NCBI RefSeq assembly: GCF_054482595.1
Contig: NZ_CM137008.1
Direction: 5' to 3' (one strand)
DNA: 64,000 bases
The notes under the pieces were generated by a model that did no database searches, was not told where the DNA came from, and was given only the letters and a program-made list of their open reading frames with translations. Positions 1-9,603 of the stretch are shown here, one piece after another. A program made the translations under genes and the position numbers. How positions within the stretch are numbered: position 1 is the stretch's first letter; the number at the start of each line of letters is the position of its first letter.

Positions 1-270
1 GCGCTTTGTCGGTATTGAGCGTGGCAGGCTTTTCCCAGTGCTTCAGGCCTCGCAGGGCCTTGCCCAGGAACCGCTTCGCTGCCTTGGCGCTGCGGGTCGG
101 CGACAGGTAGAAATCGATCGTGTCGCCCCGCTTGTCGACTGCCCGGTACAGGTAGGTCCACTTGCCCCGCACCTTGACGTAGGTTTCATCCAGGCGCCAG
201 CTCGGATCAAAGCCACGCCGCCAGAACCAGCGCAGCCGCTTCTCCATCTCCGGGGCGTAGCACTGGACCC
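1..270 (-). mobile_element. Internal fragment of an IS6-family transposase gene, IS6100-like, truncated by IS26
   Basis: Minus-strand translation reads ...PEMEKRLRWFWRRGFDPSWRLDETYVKVRGKWTYLYRAVDKRGDTIDFYLSPTRSAKAAKRFLGKALRGLKHWEKPATLNTDKA, clearly a paralogue of IS26 Tnp; GC-rich as expected for IS6100; assignment to IS6100 is from memory. Confidence 0.55.
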
Positions 271-1090
271 GGCACTGTTGCAAATAGTCGGTGGTGATAA
301 ACTTATCATCCCCTTTTGCTGATGGAGCTGCACATGAACCCATTCAAAGGCCGGCATTTTCAGCGTGACATCATTCTGTGGGCCGTACGCTGGTACTGCA
401 AATACGGCATCAGTTACCGTGAGCTGCAGGAGATGCTGGCTGAACGCGGAGTGAATGTCGATCACTCCACGATTTACCGCTGGGTTCAGCGTTATGCGCC
501 TGAAATGGAAAAACGGCTGCGCTGGTACTGGCGTAACCCTTCCGATCTTTGCCCGTGGCACATGGATGAAACCTACGTGAAGGTCAATGGCCGCTGGGCG
601 TATCTGTACCGGGCCGTCGACAGCCGGGGCCGCACTGTCGATTTTTATCTCTCCTCCCGTCGTAACAGCAAAGCTGCATACCGGTTTCTGGGTAAAATCC
701 TCAACAACGTGAAGAAGTGGCAGATCCCGCGATTCATCAACACGGATAAAGCGCCCGCCTATGGTCGCGCGCTTGCTCTGCTCAAACGCGAAGGCCGGTG
801 CCCGTCTGACGTTGAACACCGACAGATTAAGTACCGGAACAACGTGATTGAATGCGATCATGGCAAACTGAAACGGATAATCGGCGCCACGCTGGGATTT
901 AAATCCATGAAGACGGCTTACGCCACCATCAAAGGTATTGAGGTGATGCGTGCACTACGCAAAGGCCAGGCCTCAGCATTTTATTATGGTGATCCCCTGG
1001 GCGAAATGCGCCTGGTAAGCAGAGTTTTTGAAATGTAAGGCCTTTGAATAAGACAAAAGGCTGCCTCATCGCTAACTTTGCAACAGTGCC
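271..1090 (+). mobile_element. IS26 (820 bp), complete
   Basis: Terminal 14-bp inverted repeats GGCACTGTTGCAAA at 271-284 and TTTGCAACAGTGCC at 1077-1090 bracket the Tnp26 gene. Confidence 0.95.
334..1038 (+). CDS. tnpA: IS26 transposase Tnp26 (234 aa)
   Basis: Protein MNPFKGRHFQRDIILWAVRWYCKYGISYREL...GEMRLVSRVFEM matches the IS26 transposase; the ORF-track start at 316 is an upstream alternative TTG. Confidence 0.95.
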   Translation: MNPFKGRHFQRDIILWAVRWYCKYGISYRELQEMLAERGVNVDHSTIYRWVQRYAPEMEKRLRWYWRNPSDLCPWHMDETYVKVNGRWAYLYRAVDSRGRTVDFYLSSRRNSKAAYRFLGKILNNVKKWQIPRFINTDKAPAYGRALALLKREGRCPSDVEHRQIKYRNNVIECDHGKLKRIIGATLGFKSMKTAYATIKGIEVMRALRKGQASAFYYGDPLGEMRLVSRVFEM

Positions 1091-1428
1091 GAAGGAATTA
1101 CTCGCAGGACATCATCATCCCAATGACGCTCGTGCACCCGGACTATCTGACTGAGATACTCGACGGGGTAAGGCGGATCGACGATCAGCTGCTGCACATC
1201 TTTCTGACGCTCAACGAGGACCTATTGCGTCACCGGATCGCGAACCAGACCATGCATCCTGACCCGAATCGAAATGCGGAGATTCGAGAGTGGCGATTAG
1301 CGAATGTCGCCCGATGCTTGGCCGCAAGGGAACGGCTTCCATGCACAACCCGTGTTCTCGATAGTGGTGCACACACCAGCGATGAACTCGCAGCGATGGT
1401 GCTCGACGGAATCGATGGGCGCACCTGA
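1091..1428 (+). pseudogene. tmrB: 5'-truncated tmrB-like gene (tunicamycin-resistance-family P-loop protein, C-terminal about 112 codons)
   Basis: Translation IIIPMTLVHPDYLTEILDGVRRIDDQLLHIFLTL...AARERLP resembles the C-terminal half of TmrB-family proteins; the reading frame enters from the IS26 end, so the 5' part is missing. Confidence 0.5.
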
Positions 1429-1521
1429 TCGCCTTCGACGCCTGCGCAAAGCGTAGCGCGAGGGTGGCGGGCTCACGACCAAACGCCCAGAGGTCGATCA
1501 TCGCAGGGATGTTTGGCTTTG

Positions 1522-1820
1522 TGGTGCGGACGACGGGACTCGAACCCGTACTCTCACAGAGAAGCAGATTTTCGTACCACCTCGACTTTCGCCGCCGTCT
1601 GATGACGTTCGTGGTCTGGACTGTCCCTTCGCCATTGCCCGAAGGCTTTAGGCGCCGCCCGTCCAGTCTCTACACCTTCCCCCGAAGGGGCTTGGCTCGG
1701 GATTGGCTTAGGGTATTGCCCGTTAGCGTTCCCCGACTTTGAGCGGTTCTACTCCGCGGATTTCCCCGCGGGCACTCCAATTTTAAAGTCTGCTGCGTCT
1801 ACCGATTTCGCCACGTCCGC
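1522..1820 (-). tRNA. tRNA-Leu(UAA) gene interrupted by a group I intron (exons 1786-1820 and 1522-1572)
   Basis: Minus-strand 5' exon GCGGACGUGGCGAAAUCGGUAGACGCAGCAGACUU and 3' exon AAAAUCUGCUUCUCUGUGAGAGUACGGGUUCGAGUCCCGUCGUCCGCACCA join into an 86-nt class II tRNA: perfect 7-bp acceptor stem, 5-bp anticodon stem GCAGA/UCUGC, loop CUUAAAA with anticodon UAA, long variable-arm hairpin, T-loop UUCGAGU, encoded CCA. Confidence 0.65.
1573..1785 (-). ncRNA. Group I intron (IC3-like, 213 nt) between anticodon positions 34 and 35
   Basis: Intron starts UAAAAUUGGAGU; GAGU can pair with the exon end ACUU including the U-G wobble at the 5' splice site. It contains CCGAGCCAAGC and GAAGGUGUAGAGACUGGACGG, resembling the P3/P7 core of IC3 introns as recalled for the Azoarcus tRNA-Ile intron, and ends in G. 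Confidence 0.6.
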
Positions 1821-2381
1821 CTTTTTTCGCCGTTCCTAGCGCTCGTGCGATGCACCTATGTTGCACCTAGCGCCGAATCGTTCTTCGTCATCCTGAAAAA
1901 CCACGTCTCCTAAAGCCTTGCATAGCTTATCTTTTCTCCACCACGAACTTTTTTGTGGGATGGTAGAAAAAAAGACTTTTTAAGTCCGCTGGCTTGCCAG
2001 GCCTTGTTAGCTTGTACGGTCATGGTTATCGGGTAAAGAATATTGACGGCATCGCTGGTGTCGGTGGCTGAAAAGCCGGCTCCCATCAGGGCAATAGCCA
2101 TTTCAGATGCAGGCGTACAGGGCAATGGTCAACAGCTACAGCCTGTCTGACGATTCCGGCGTCATGGCTGCGGCGGCTATCACGCATTTTTTGTTCGGTC
2201 AGGCGGTGTTTTCGTACCTCAATGGTTGGAGCGTGTTGATCGGACCTGGTACAGGTTTGGACAGCACGGGCTGCAAATACGCAAGGGATTTAATGGGCCT
2301 GGTGGCGTTCACGGCTTTTATCGTGACGTTTCTGTTCAGGGGCTACTCATAATCTCGTGGCTCGGCGGTTCCCGGCACACC

Positions 2382-3539
2382 ATGACAGTAAGGAAGGACC
2401 CTGTGTCTCAACTCTCCCAGCTTCGAAGCCCCGCCGCCGTGCAGGCTGCCATCGATGAGTTCGTGCAACTGGGCCGCACGAAATTCCTGGCGCGCCACGG
2501 CTACGGCAAGTCCCGCGACTTCCTGGTACGTGATCCGAAGACCGGCACCGATTGCGATTCCAAGGCCATCGCCGGTGTGGCCTTCGGCAAGCAATTTCCC
2601 GAGCAGGGCCCGCTCACTGCTGACAGCTTCTCCGGTGGCGAGACGACCGTCGTTCCGGCGCTGACGCGGCTCGGGTTTCGCATCATTCGCATCGGCGAAG
2701 ACTGGTCCGAAGAAGAGGTCCTGGCCACGGTCGAAGACTATTTCGACATGCTGCGTGCCGAGGCGGCTGGGGAGCCGTACCACAAGTCCGAGCACAACCA
2801 GGCACTGCGCCAACTGCTGAACGGTCGCAGCAAGTCTTCAGTCGAGCTCAAGCACCAGAACATTAGCGCCGTACTCGATGCCCTGGGCCTGCCCTATATC
2901 AACGGCTACAAGCCACGCGGCAACAGCCAACTGCTGCTGCGTAAATCCGTACACGCCTACGTTCTGGAACATCAGCAGACGGTCGGCGCTCTTGTCGATG
3001 CCCTGGAGGAGGTAAAACTTCCGGGTGACAAAACCTACCGAGCGGCTTTGGTAGAACCACCCGCCCGTGAAGTGCTTGTGCGTACCCCGGCATCTCTACG
3101 GCAACGCCTACCGCGAAAGTTCGATTATGCCGCTCGCGATGAAGCCAACCGCAAGCTGGGCCGGGCAGGGGAGCAGTGGGTGATTGGCTACGAACAGCAA
3201 CGCCTGACCGAGCTCGGCCACCCAGAGCTTTTTCAGCGGCTGGATTGGGTGTCCGACACCCAGGGAGACGGTGCGGGGTTCGACATCCTGTCGTTCGAAG
3301 AGGACGCCCATGAGCGCTTCATCGAGGTGAAAACCACCAATGGCGGGGTAGGCTCGTCTTTCTTGGTCAGCCACAACGAACTCGAATTCTCCAAGGAGGC
3401 GGGCGATCAATTCCATCTGTATCGCGTGTTCCAGTTTCGGGACGGTCCGCGCCTGTTCACGCTACCCGGCGACCTCAGCCAACATGTGCATCTCAAGCCG
3501 ACGGACTACCGGGCGAGTTTCCGGAGTTTGGTGGGGTAA
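2382..3539 (+). CDS. DUF3883 (NOV C-terminal) domain protein, putative PD-(D/E)xK nuclease
   Basis: C-terminal region GFDILSFEEDAHERFIEVKTTNGG fits a D...E-x-K nuclease motif. Start is uncertain: ATG 2382, or GTG 2403 preceded by AGGAAGGA; the ORF-track start 2226 is probably too far upstream. Confidence 0.6.
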   Translation: MTVRKDPVSQLSQLRSPAAVQAAIDEFVQLGRTKFLARHGYGKSRDFLVRDPKTGTDCDSKAIAGVAFGKQFPEQGPLTADSFSGGETTVVPALTRLGFRIIRIGEDWSEEEVLATVEDYFDMLRAEAAGEPYHKSEHNQALRQLLNGRSKSSVELKHQNISAVLDALGLPYINGYKPRGNSQLLLRKSVHAYVLEHQQTVGALVDALEEVKLPGDKTYRAALVEPPAREVLVRTPASLRQRLPRKFDYAARDEANRKLGRAGEQWVIGYEQQRLTELGHPELFQRLDWVSDTQGDGAGFDILSFEEDAHERFIEVKTTNGGVGSSFLVSHNELEFSKEAGDQFHLYRVFQFRDGPRLFTLPGDLSQHVHLKPTDYRASFRSLVG

Positions 3540-3573
3540 AGGCAGGGTTCTGTTGAGCCGAATGGCTGTGTGC

Positions 3574-5190
3574 GGCCGATTCTGTTGAAAAAGTAGCGGC
3601 CTCCCCATGCCGTTGGCAAAATTGCTTTGTCAGCGAGCGTGGGGGCGAACAGCATGATGGGACAGTTACCGGGAGGACAGCAGCGCCTGTTCTACTCGTT
3701 CAATCTGGAAGATCACGTCCCGGCCCAACATCTCCTGCGCAGCATCGACCAGTGCTTGGATCTCAGTGATCTACGTGCCTACCTGGCAGATTTCTATAGC
3801 CCCATCGGGCGTCCCTCGATTGACCCGGAGTTGATGGTGCGCATGCTGGTCGTCGGCTACTGCTATGGCATTCGTTCCGAGCGGCGATTGTGCGAAGAGG
3901 TGCACCTGAACCTGGCCTATCGCTGGTTCTGCCGGTTGGGTCTGGAAGACGAAGTCCCCAATCACTCGACCTTCTCGAAGAATCGCCATGGGCGTTTTCG
4001 TGACAGCGATCTATTCCGCTGGTTATTCAATGAGGTGCTGCGGCGCTGCATGGCAGCCGGCCTAGTCAAGGGTGAAGGTTTCGCCGTCGACGCCAGCATC
4101 ATTAAGGCGGATGCCAGCCGGCAACGTGGGGTGGCGGGAGATGAGGTCGATTGGAACGATCCAAAGCTCAGCAGCCGCGCAGTGCGCGAGTACCTCGAAG
4201 CCCTTGATGAAGAGGCGCTGGCTGAGGCTCTTCCCAAGAAAATTTCGCTCACTGATCCTCAGTCCCGTTGGACAGCAGCGCCAGGTGGCCCGGCCTTTTT
4301 TGCCTACTCCACGAATTACCTGATCGACACTGAGCACGGTGTGATCATGGACGTGGAAGCTACCCCGGCGCACCGTACCGCCGAAGTCGATTCGACTAGG
4401 ACGATGGTCGAGCGTGTCGAGGCGCAGTTCGATCTCACACCGGAACGCCTTATCGGCGATACCGCTTATGGCACCGCCCCGATGCTGGCCTGGATGGTCG
4501 AAGAAAAGGACATCGAACCGCATGTGCCGGTGTGGGACAAGACCGAGCGCAAGGACGACAGCCTCTCCAGTAACGACTTTCACTGGAGTCAGGACGCCAA
4601 TGAATATCGCTGCCCAGCCGGCAAACCGCTACGCAGTGAATGGCGCGCCTTCACCCAGCAAAGGTCGCGGGTAACTAAGGCCAAAACCGTCATTTACCGC
4701 TCCAGCCAAACCGACTGCGCCACCTGCCCGTTGAAAGCGAAATGCTGCCCCAACACGCCGAATCGGAAGATCGTCCGCAGCATCCATGAGGCTGCCCGCG
4801 ACGTGGCTCGACGCATCGCCAAGACACCGGAGTACCTCGTCTCTCGCTGCGAACGAAAGAAGGTGGAGATGCTTTTCGCCCACCTCAAACGGATCATGAA
4901 ACTCGACCGTTTACGACTGCGTGGCCTAACGGGTGCCACTGACGAATTAACCTTGGCTGCGATGGTGCAGAACCTGCGCCGCATGGCCAAGCTTTTGCCT
5001 CAAGGGCCACCGCTGACGGGATAGGTATGCCTGCTACGAGCAGAAACCCTCAAATTAACCCTTAAACCTGAGCAAGGACGCTCAGTGAAACGCCGGAAGG
5101 CAACTTGAAGTGGCTTGCAGCCACTTCGACAGCAGGCACACCTGATCGGCAGGCTGCCGCTAAAGCTACTTTTTCAACAGAATCGGCCGA
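3574..5190 (+). mobile_element. IS1182-family insertion sequence, possibly ISCfr1-like
   Basis: A 25-bp sequence CGGCCGATTCTGTTGAAAAAGTAGC at 3574-3598 recurs inverted at 5166-5190, bracketing the transposase gene; outer boundaries approximate. Confidence 0.6.
3627..5024 (+). CDS. IS1182-family DDE transposase (465 aa)
   Basis: N-terminal InsH-like region (SIDPELMVRMLVVGYCYGIRSERRLCEEVHLNLAYRWFCRL...VPNHSTFSKNR), Cys-rich C-terminal segment (CPAGKP...CATCPLKAKCC), length typical of IS1182 rather than IS5. Confidence 0.85.
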   Translation: MSASVGANSMMGQLPGGQQRLFYSFNLEDHVPAQHLLRSIDQCLDLSDLRAYLADFYSPIGRPSIDPELMVRMLVVGYCYGIRSERRLCEEVHLNLAYRWFCRLGLEDEVPNHSTFSKNRHGRFRDSDLFRWLFNEVLRRCMAAGLVKGEGFAVDASIIKADASRQRGVAGDEVDWNDPKLSSRAVREYLEALDEEALAEALPKKISLTDPQSRWTAAPGGPAFFAYSTNYLIDTEHGVIMDVEATPAHRTAEVDSTRTMVERVEAQFDLTPERLIGDTAYGTAPMLAWMVEEKDIEPHVPVWDKTERKDDSLSSNDFHWSQDANEYRCPAGKPLRSEWRAFTQQRSRVTKAKTVIYRSSQTDCATCPLKAKCCPNTPNRKIVRSIHEAARDVARRIAKTPEYLVSRCERKKVEMLFAHLKRIMKLDRLRLRGLTGATDELTLAAMVQNLRRMAKLLPQGPPLTG

Positions 5191-5439
5191 TTTGTGCCGG
5201 TCGTCAAGGACCGCTTCGGATCACTCTCAACCGGATCGCGGGCCAGCTGATTTGCTAAAACCCGCGCCAAACTCAACGAAGGATTTCGCATGATCCGTTT
5301 TTTTTGGCGATCACGCTCGGCCTGATGGTTGGCTGCTCGTCGAGTTCAAGTTCGATCTGATCAGTGAGCGGTAGCGCAAGTGGATCGCCTCAGCCAAGCA
5401 GCGTTGTTGCCGGCGGCCGGAAGAAAGCCTTGAACTAGT

Positions 5440-5650
5440 AGCGGAAAGGATGAAACTTTATTTTTACGATTCTCAGCATTTTCCAAGGTTGAGCGAAAAT
5501 TAGGATGATACTTTAATGATTCCGGCCTCCATCCCCACAAAACGCTTGCAGATGGCAGAATTGAAATAAGTCATTGTTTTAAATGGATTTTTGCAGGAAT
5601 TGCTACGTTGCAGGGTCCTGTAGTTAGGATGACACTTTATTTTCCTCCCA
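5440..5650. repeat. Three imperfect direct repeats of about 20 bp (AGGATGAnACTTTAwT...) in an AT-rich spacer
   Basis: Copies start at about 5447 (AGGATGAAACTTTATTTTTAC), 5502 (AGGATGATACTTTAATGATTC) and 5626 (AGGATGACACTTTATTTTCCT). Confidence 0.4.
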
Positions 5651-5774
5651 CAGGCCTCGTGATACGCCTATTTTTATAGGTTAATGTCATGATAATAATG
5701 GTTTCTTAGACGTCAGGTGGCACTTTTCGGGGAAATGTGCGCGGAACCCCTATTTGTTTATTTTTCTAAATACA

Positions 5775-5803
5775 TTCAAATATGTATCCGCTCATGAGAC
5801 AAT
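5775..5803 (+). promoter_or_regulatory. blaTEM promoter (P3-type -35 TTCAAA, 17-bp spacer, -10 GACAAT)
   Basis: TTCAAA at 5775-5780 and GACAAT at 5798-5803, about 40 bp upstream of the bla ATG; RBS AAGGAAGAG precedes the ATG. Confidence 0.7.
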
Positions 5804-5832
5804 AACCCTGGTAAATGCTTCAATAATATTGA

Positions 5833-6705
<873 letters not shown>

Positions 6706-6814
6706 CTGTCAGACCAAGTTTACTCATATATACTTTAGATTGATTTAAAACTTCATTTTTAATTTAAAAGGATCTAGGTGAAGATCCTTTTTGATAATCT
6801 CATGACCAAAATCC

Positions 6815-6852
6815 CTTAACGTGAGTTTTCGTTCCACTGAGCGTCAGACCCC
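6815..6852. repeat. Tn3-family 38-bp terminal inverted repeat
   Basis: CTTAACGTGAGTTTTCGTTCCACTGAGCGTCAGACCCC is the reverse complement of GGGGTCTGACGCTCAGTGGAACGAAAACTCACGTTAAG. Confidence 0.85.
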
Positions 6853-7008
6853 TGAGAGCAGAGATAGCGCTGATGTCCGGCGGTGCTTTTGCCGTTACGC
6901 ACCACCCCGTCAGTAGCTGAACAGGAGGGACAGCTGATAGAAACAGAAGCCACTGGAGCACCTCAAAAACACCATCATACACTAAATCAGTAAGTTGGCA
7001 GCATCACC
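6853..7008 (-). mobile_element. Partial IS1 (156 bp of the left-end portion, including the left inverted repeat)
   Basis: Identical to 18883-19038 of the complete IS1 downstream; ends ...TAAGTTGGCAGCATCACC; joined directly to the Tn3-type inverted repeat at 6852/6853. Confidence 0.9.
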
Positions 7009-7034
7009 AGACTCAGGATAGCCAATTTTCTACA

Positions 7035-7730
7035 TTGGGGAAAAAGAATGGGCAAATGAAGTCTATTGACAACAAATCATCTCTCCAGGTTGACAGGAAT
7101 CCCTCTCTTTCTTTGCAAACAAATGGAACAGAACAATTTTCTACAAAGAAAATTCTCAATATGACTTCACGAGATCAGGGGAGTAACTCTGAACTATCTA
7201 ATAAAACGATACAATTTAAGGAAAAAATCCATAATGGTATCAATACAGAATACATCACAGATCAAAAACACAGTAATAATAAAGATCGTGAAAAAAAATA
7301 CCGCGATGGAGACAAAATAAATGGACAGCAGGCTCATTCATTAGACAGTACTAACGAAAGAAGGTTTGCTGATAACAGAACCATGTTTACTCAACATATC
7401 GAAAAGCAAAGGAATGTTCATACGCTCAATCAGAATGATATAAATAATTCTGTTAATAGTGTCAATGTGCCCGAAAATGAATTGACATATCAGTTTCAGC
7501 GTTGGGGACAGAATCATACAGTCCGGATTCTGGAAAGTAGTGAAGGGATACGACTAAAACCATCGGACGCGCTTGTCTCCGACAGACTCCATGAAGCCCA
7601 AAACAATGATGTTACAGCACAACGTTGGGTATTGACTGAACAAGATGAACGACAAGGACAACGACATCAGCCTCATGAGGAGCAAGAAAATGAAGGCAAA
7701 TTCGAAAACGATCAGAAGGATGAAAGTTAA
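7035..7730 (+). CDS. eivJ: InvJ/SpaN-family type III secretion protein (EivJ-like), possibly N-terminally truncated
   Basis: N/Q/S-rich 231-aa ORF immediately upstream of, and overlapping (TAATG), the SpaO homologue; assignment by synteny with Salmonella invJ-spaOPQRS; annotated start is TTG, an ATG lies at 7056. Confidence 0.45.
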   Translation: MGKKNGQMKSIDNKSSLQVDRNPSLSLQTNGTEQFSTKKILNMTSRDQGSNSELSNKTIQFKEKIHNGINTEYITDQKHSNNKDREKKYRDGDKINGQQAHSLDSTNERRFADNRTMFTQHIEKQRNVHTLNQNDINNSVNSVNVPENELTYQFQRWGQNHTVRILESSEGIRLKPSDALVSDRLHEAQNNDVTAQRWVLTEQDERQGQRHQPHEEQENEGKFENDQKDES

Positions 7731-8677
7731 TGTTCGGTCTGAGGAAGGTAAATCGAAACACTCATACGTTTGAAACCACTTTTCAAAATTGGAAAGAAAA
7801 TGGCGAAGATGTTGCATTATTAATGCCCGAATTTAGTGCTAAATGGCTACCGATAGCAGAAGAGAGTGGCAGCTGGTCTGGATGGGTGTTGCTTCGAGAA
7901 ATATTTCCCTTAATTTCTGCCGAACTCGCTGGGATGGCTTTAATGCCAGAAACGGAAAGGTTAATAGGCGAATGGCTCAGTTTATCCAGTTCGCCGTTAA
8001 ATCTAAAGTATCCTGAACTAAAATATAATCGTTTGTGCGTAGGTAAAGTATTTGATGGAGTATTGAGTCCAGCTCAACCACTGATAAGAATATGGACAGG
8101 GGAATTGAATCTTTGGTTAGATAAAGTCACTGTCTGCCAATACGAAAATACCCCAACATTAGACAAAAAATCATTATATTGGTCCATTCATTTTGTAATT
8201 GGATTTAGTAAAACATGTTACAGAAGTCTTGTTGATATTGAAGTTGGCGATGTTTTATTAATCTCAAATAATTTGGCTTATGCGGTTATTTATAATACAA
8301 AAATTTGTGATTTAATTTATCCAGAGGAGTTAAAAATGGCTGATCATTTTGAGTACGAGGAAGATTTTGAAACAGATGATTTTGATATCAAAAAAAGCGA
8401 GAGTGAGATTTATGATGAAAATGACGAACAGATGATTAATAGTTTTGAAGACTTGCCTGTAAAAATTGAGTTTGTTCTTGGTAAGAAAATAATGAATCTA
8501 TATGAAATAGACGAACTCTGTGCAAAAAGAATAATATCTCTGCTTCCAGAATCAGAGAAAAATATAGAGATACGTGTAAATGGCGCGCTAACTGGCTATG
8601 GCGAACTTGTTGAAGTGGATGATAAATTGGGCGTAGAAATTCATTCTTGGTTATCAAGGAATAATAATGTCAAATAG
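7730..8677 (+). CDS. epaO: Type III secretion sorting-platform protein, SpaO/YscQ family
   Basis: 315 aa with a FliN/SpoA-like C-terminus (...IEIRVNGALTGYGELVEVDDKLGVEIHSWL); position in the operon. Confidence 0.8.
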   Translation: MFGLRKVNRNTHTFETTFQNWKENGEDVALLMPEFSAKWLPIAEESGSWSGWVLLREIFPLISAELAGMALMPETERLIGEWLSLSSSPLNLKYPELKYNRLCVGKVFDGVLSPAQPLIRIWTGELNLWLDKVTVCQYENTPTLDKKSLYWSIHFVIGFSKTCYRSLVDIEVGDVLLISNNLAYAVIYNTKICDLIYPEELKMADHFEYEEDFETDDFDIKKSESEIYDENDEQMINSFEDLPVKIEFVLGKKIMNLYEIDELCAKRIISLLPESEKNIEIRVNGALTGYGELVEVDDKLGVEIHSWLSRNNNVK

Positions 8678-9332
8678 CATTTCGCTGATAGCGATATTAT
8701 CATTATTTACACTATTGCCGTTTATAATAGCATCCGGGACATGTTTTATTAAATTCTCAATTGTTTTTGTTATTGTCCGAAACGCGCTGGGACTTCAGCA
8801 AGTGCCATCAAATATGACACTTAATGGGGTTGCTTTGCTTTTGTCAATGTTCGTAATGATGCCGGTTGGGAAGGAAATATATAATAACAGTCAGAATGAG
8901 AATCTTTCATTCAATAATGTAGCGTCGGTTGTTAATTTTGTTGAGACAGGCATGAGTGGTTATAAATCATATTTGATAAAATATTCTGAACCTGAGTTGG
9001 TTAGCTTTTTTGAAAAGATTCAGAAGGTGAATAGTTCTGAAGACAATGAAGAGATAATCGATGATGATAATATTTCAATTTTCTCGTTACTGCCCGCATA
9101 TGCATTGAGTGAGATAAAAAGTGCATTTATTATAGGTTTTTATATCTATTTACCCTTTGTCGTAGTGGATCTGGTTATATCCAGCGTTCTGTTAACGTTA
9201 GGTATGATGATGATGAGCCCGGTAACCATATCTACACCGATAAAATTAATTCTATTTGTCGCTATGGACGGTTGGACAATGTTATCAAAAGGACTCATTT
9301 TACAATATTTTGACCTATCCATTAATCCCTGA
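8667..9332 (+). CDS. epaP: Type III secretion export apparatus protein, SpaP/YscR/FliP family
   Basis: 221-aa polytopic membrane protein (...FSIVFVIVRNALGLQQVPSNMTLNGVALLLSMFVMMPV...). Confidence 0.85.
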   Translation: MSNSISLIAILSLFTLLPFIIASGTCFIKFSIVFVIVRNALGLQQVPSNMTLNGVALLLSMFVMMPVGKEIYNNSQNENLSFNNVASVVNFVETGMSGYKSYLIKYSEPELVSFFEKIQKVNSSEDNEEIIDDDNISIFSLLPAYALSEIKSAFIIGFYIYLPFVVVDLVISSVLLTLGMMMMSPVTISTPIKLILFVAMDGWTMLSKGLILQYFDLSINP

Positions 9333-9341
9333 GGAAAAAAT

Positions 9342-9602
9342 ATGGACGATATTGTTTTTGCAGGGAATAGGGCGCTGTATCTGATTTTAGTTATGTCTGC
9401 AGGACCTATCGCAGTTGCGACATTTGTTGGTTTATTAGTAGGGCTTTTTCAAACGGTAACACAGTTGCAAGAACAGACGTTGCCATTTGGCGTGAAATTA
9501 TTATGCGTAAGTATTTGCTTTTTTTTAATGAGCGGATGGTATGGCGAAAAATTATATTCTTTTGGTATTGAAATGCTGAATTTAGCATTCGCGAGAGGAT
9601 AG
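9342..9602 (+). CDS. epaQ: Type III secretion export apparatus protein, SpaQ/YscS/FliQ family
   Basis: 86-aa two-TM protein following epaP. Confidence 0.85.
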   Translation: MDDIVFAGNRALYLILVMSAGPIAVATFVGLLVGLFQTVTQLQEQTLPFGVKLLCVSICFFLMSGWYGEKLYSFGIEMLNLAFARG

Positions 9603-9603
9603 C

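Noticed and set aside
43..861. 272-aa minus-strand ORF spanning the IS6100 fragment and IS26
   Set aside because: Antisense to the IS26 transposase and crosses the IS26 boundary; the coding signal in 1-270 is explained by the IS6100-like transposase fragment in another frame.
1464..1742. 92-aa plus-strand ORF
   Set aside because: Lies entirely over the tRNA-Leu 3' exon and group I intron on the opposite strand; a structured RNA explains the region better than a protein.
2343..2813. 156-aa minus-strand ORF, with other short ORFs at 2455-2728
   Set aside because: Antisense ORFs inside the GC-rich DUF3883 gene; GC-rich DNA gives long open frames by chance.
5281..5350. Lipoprotein-signal-like peptide (AITLGLMVGCSSSSSSI) next to a T8 run
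   Set aside because: About 20 codons even if the T-run is corrected; at best a relic of a lost gene, and no downstream coding sequence follows.
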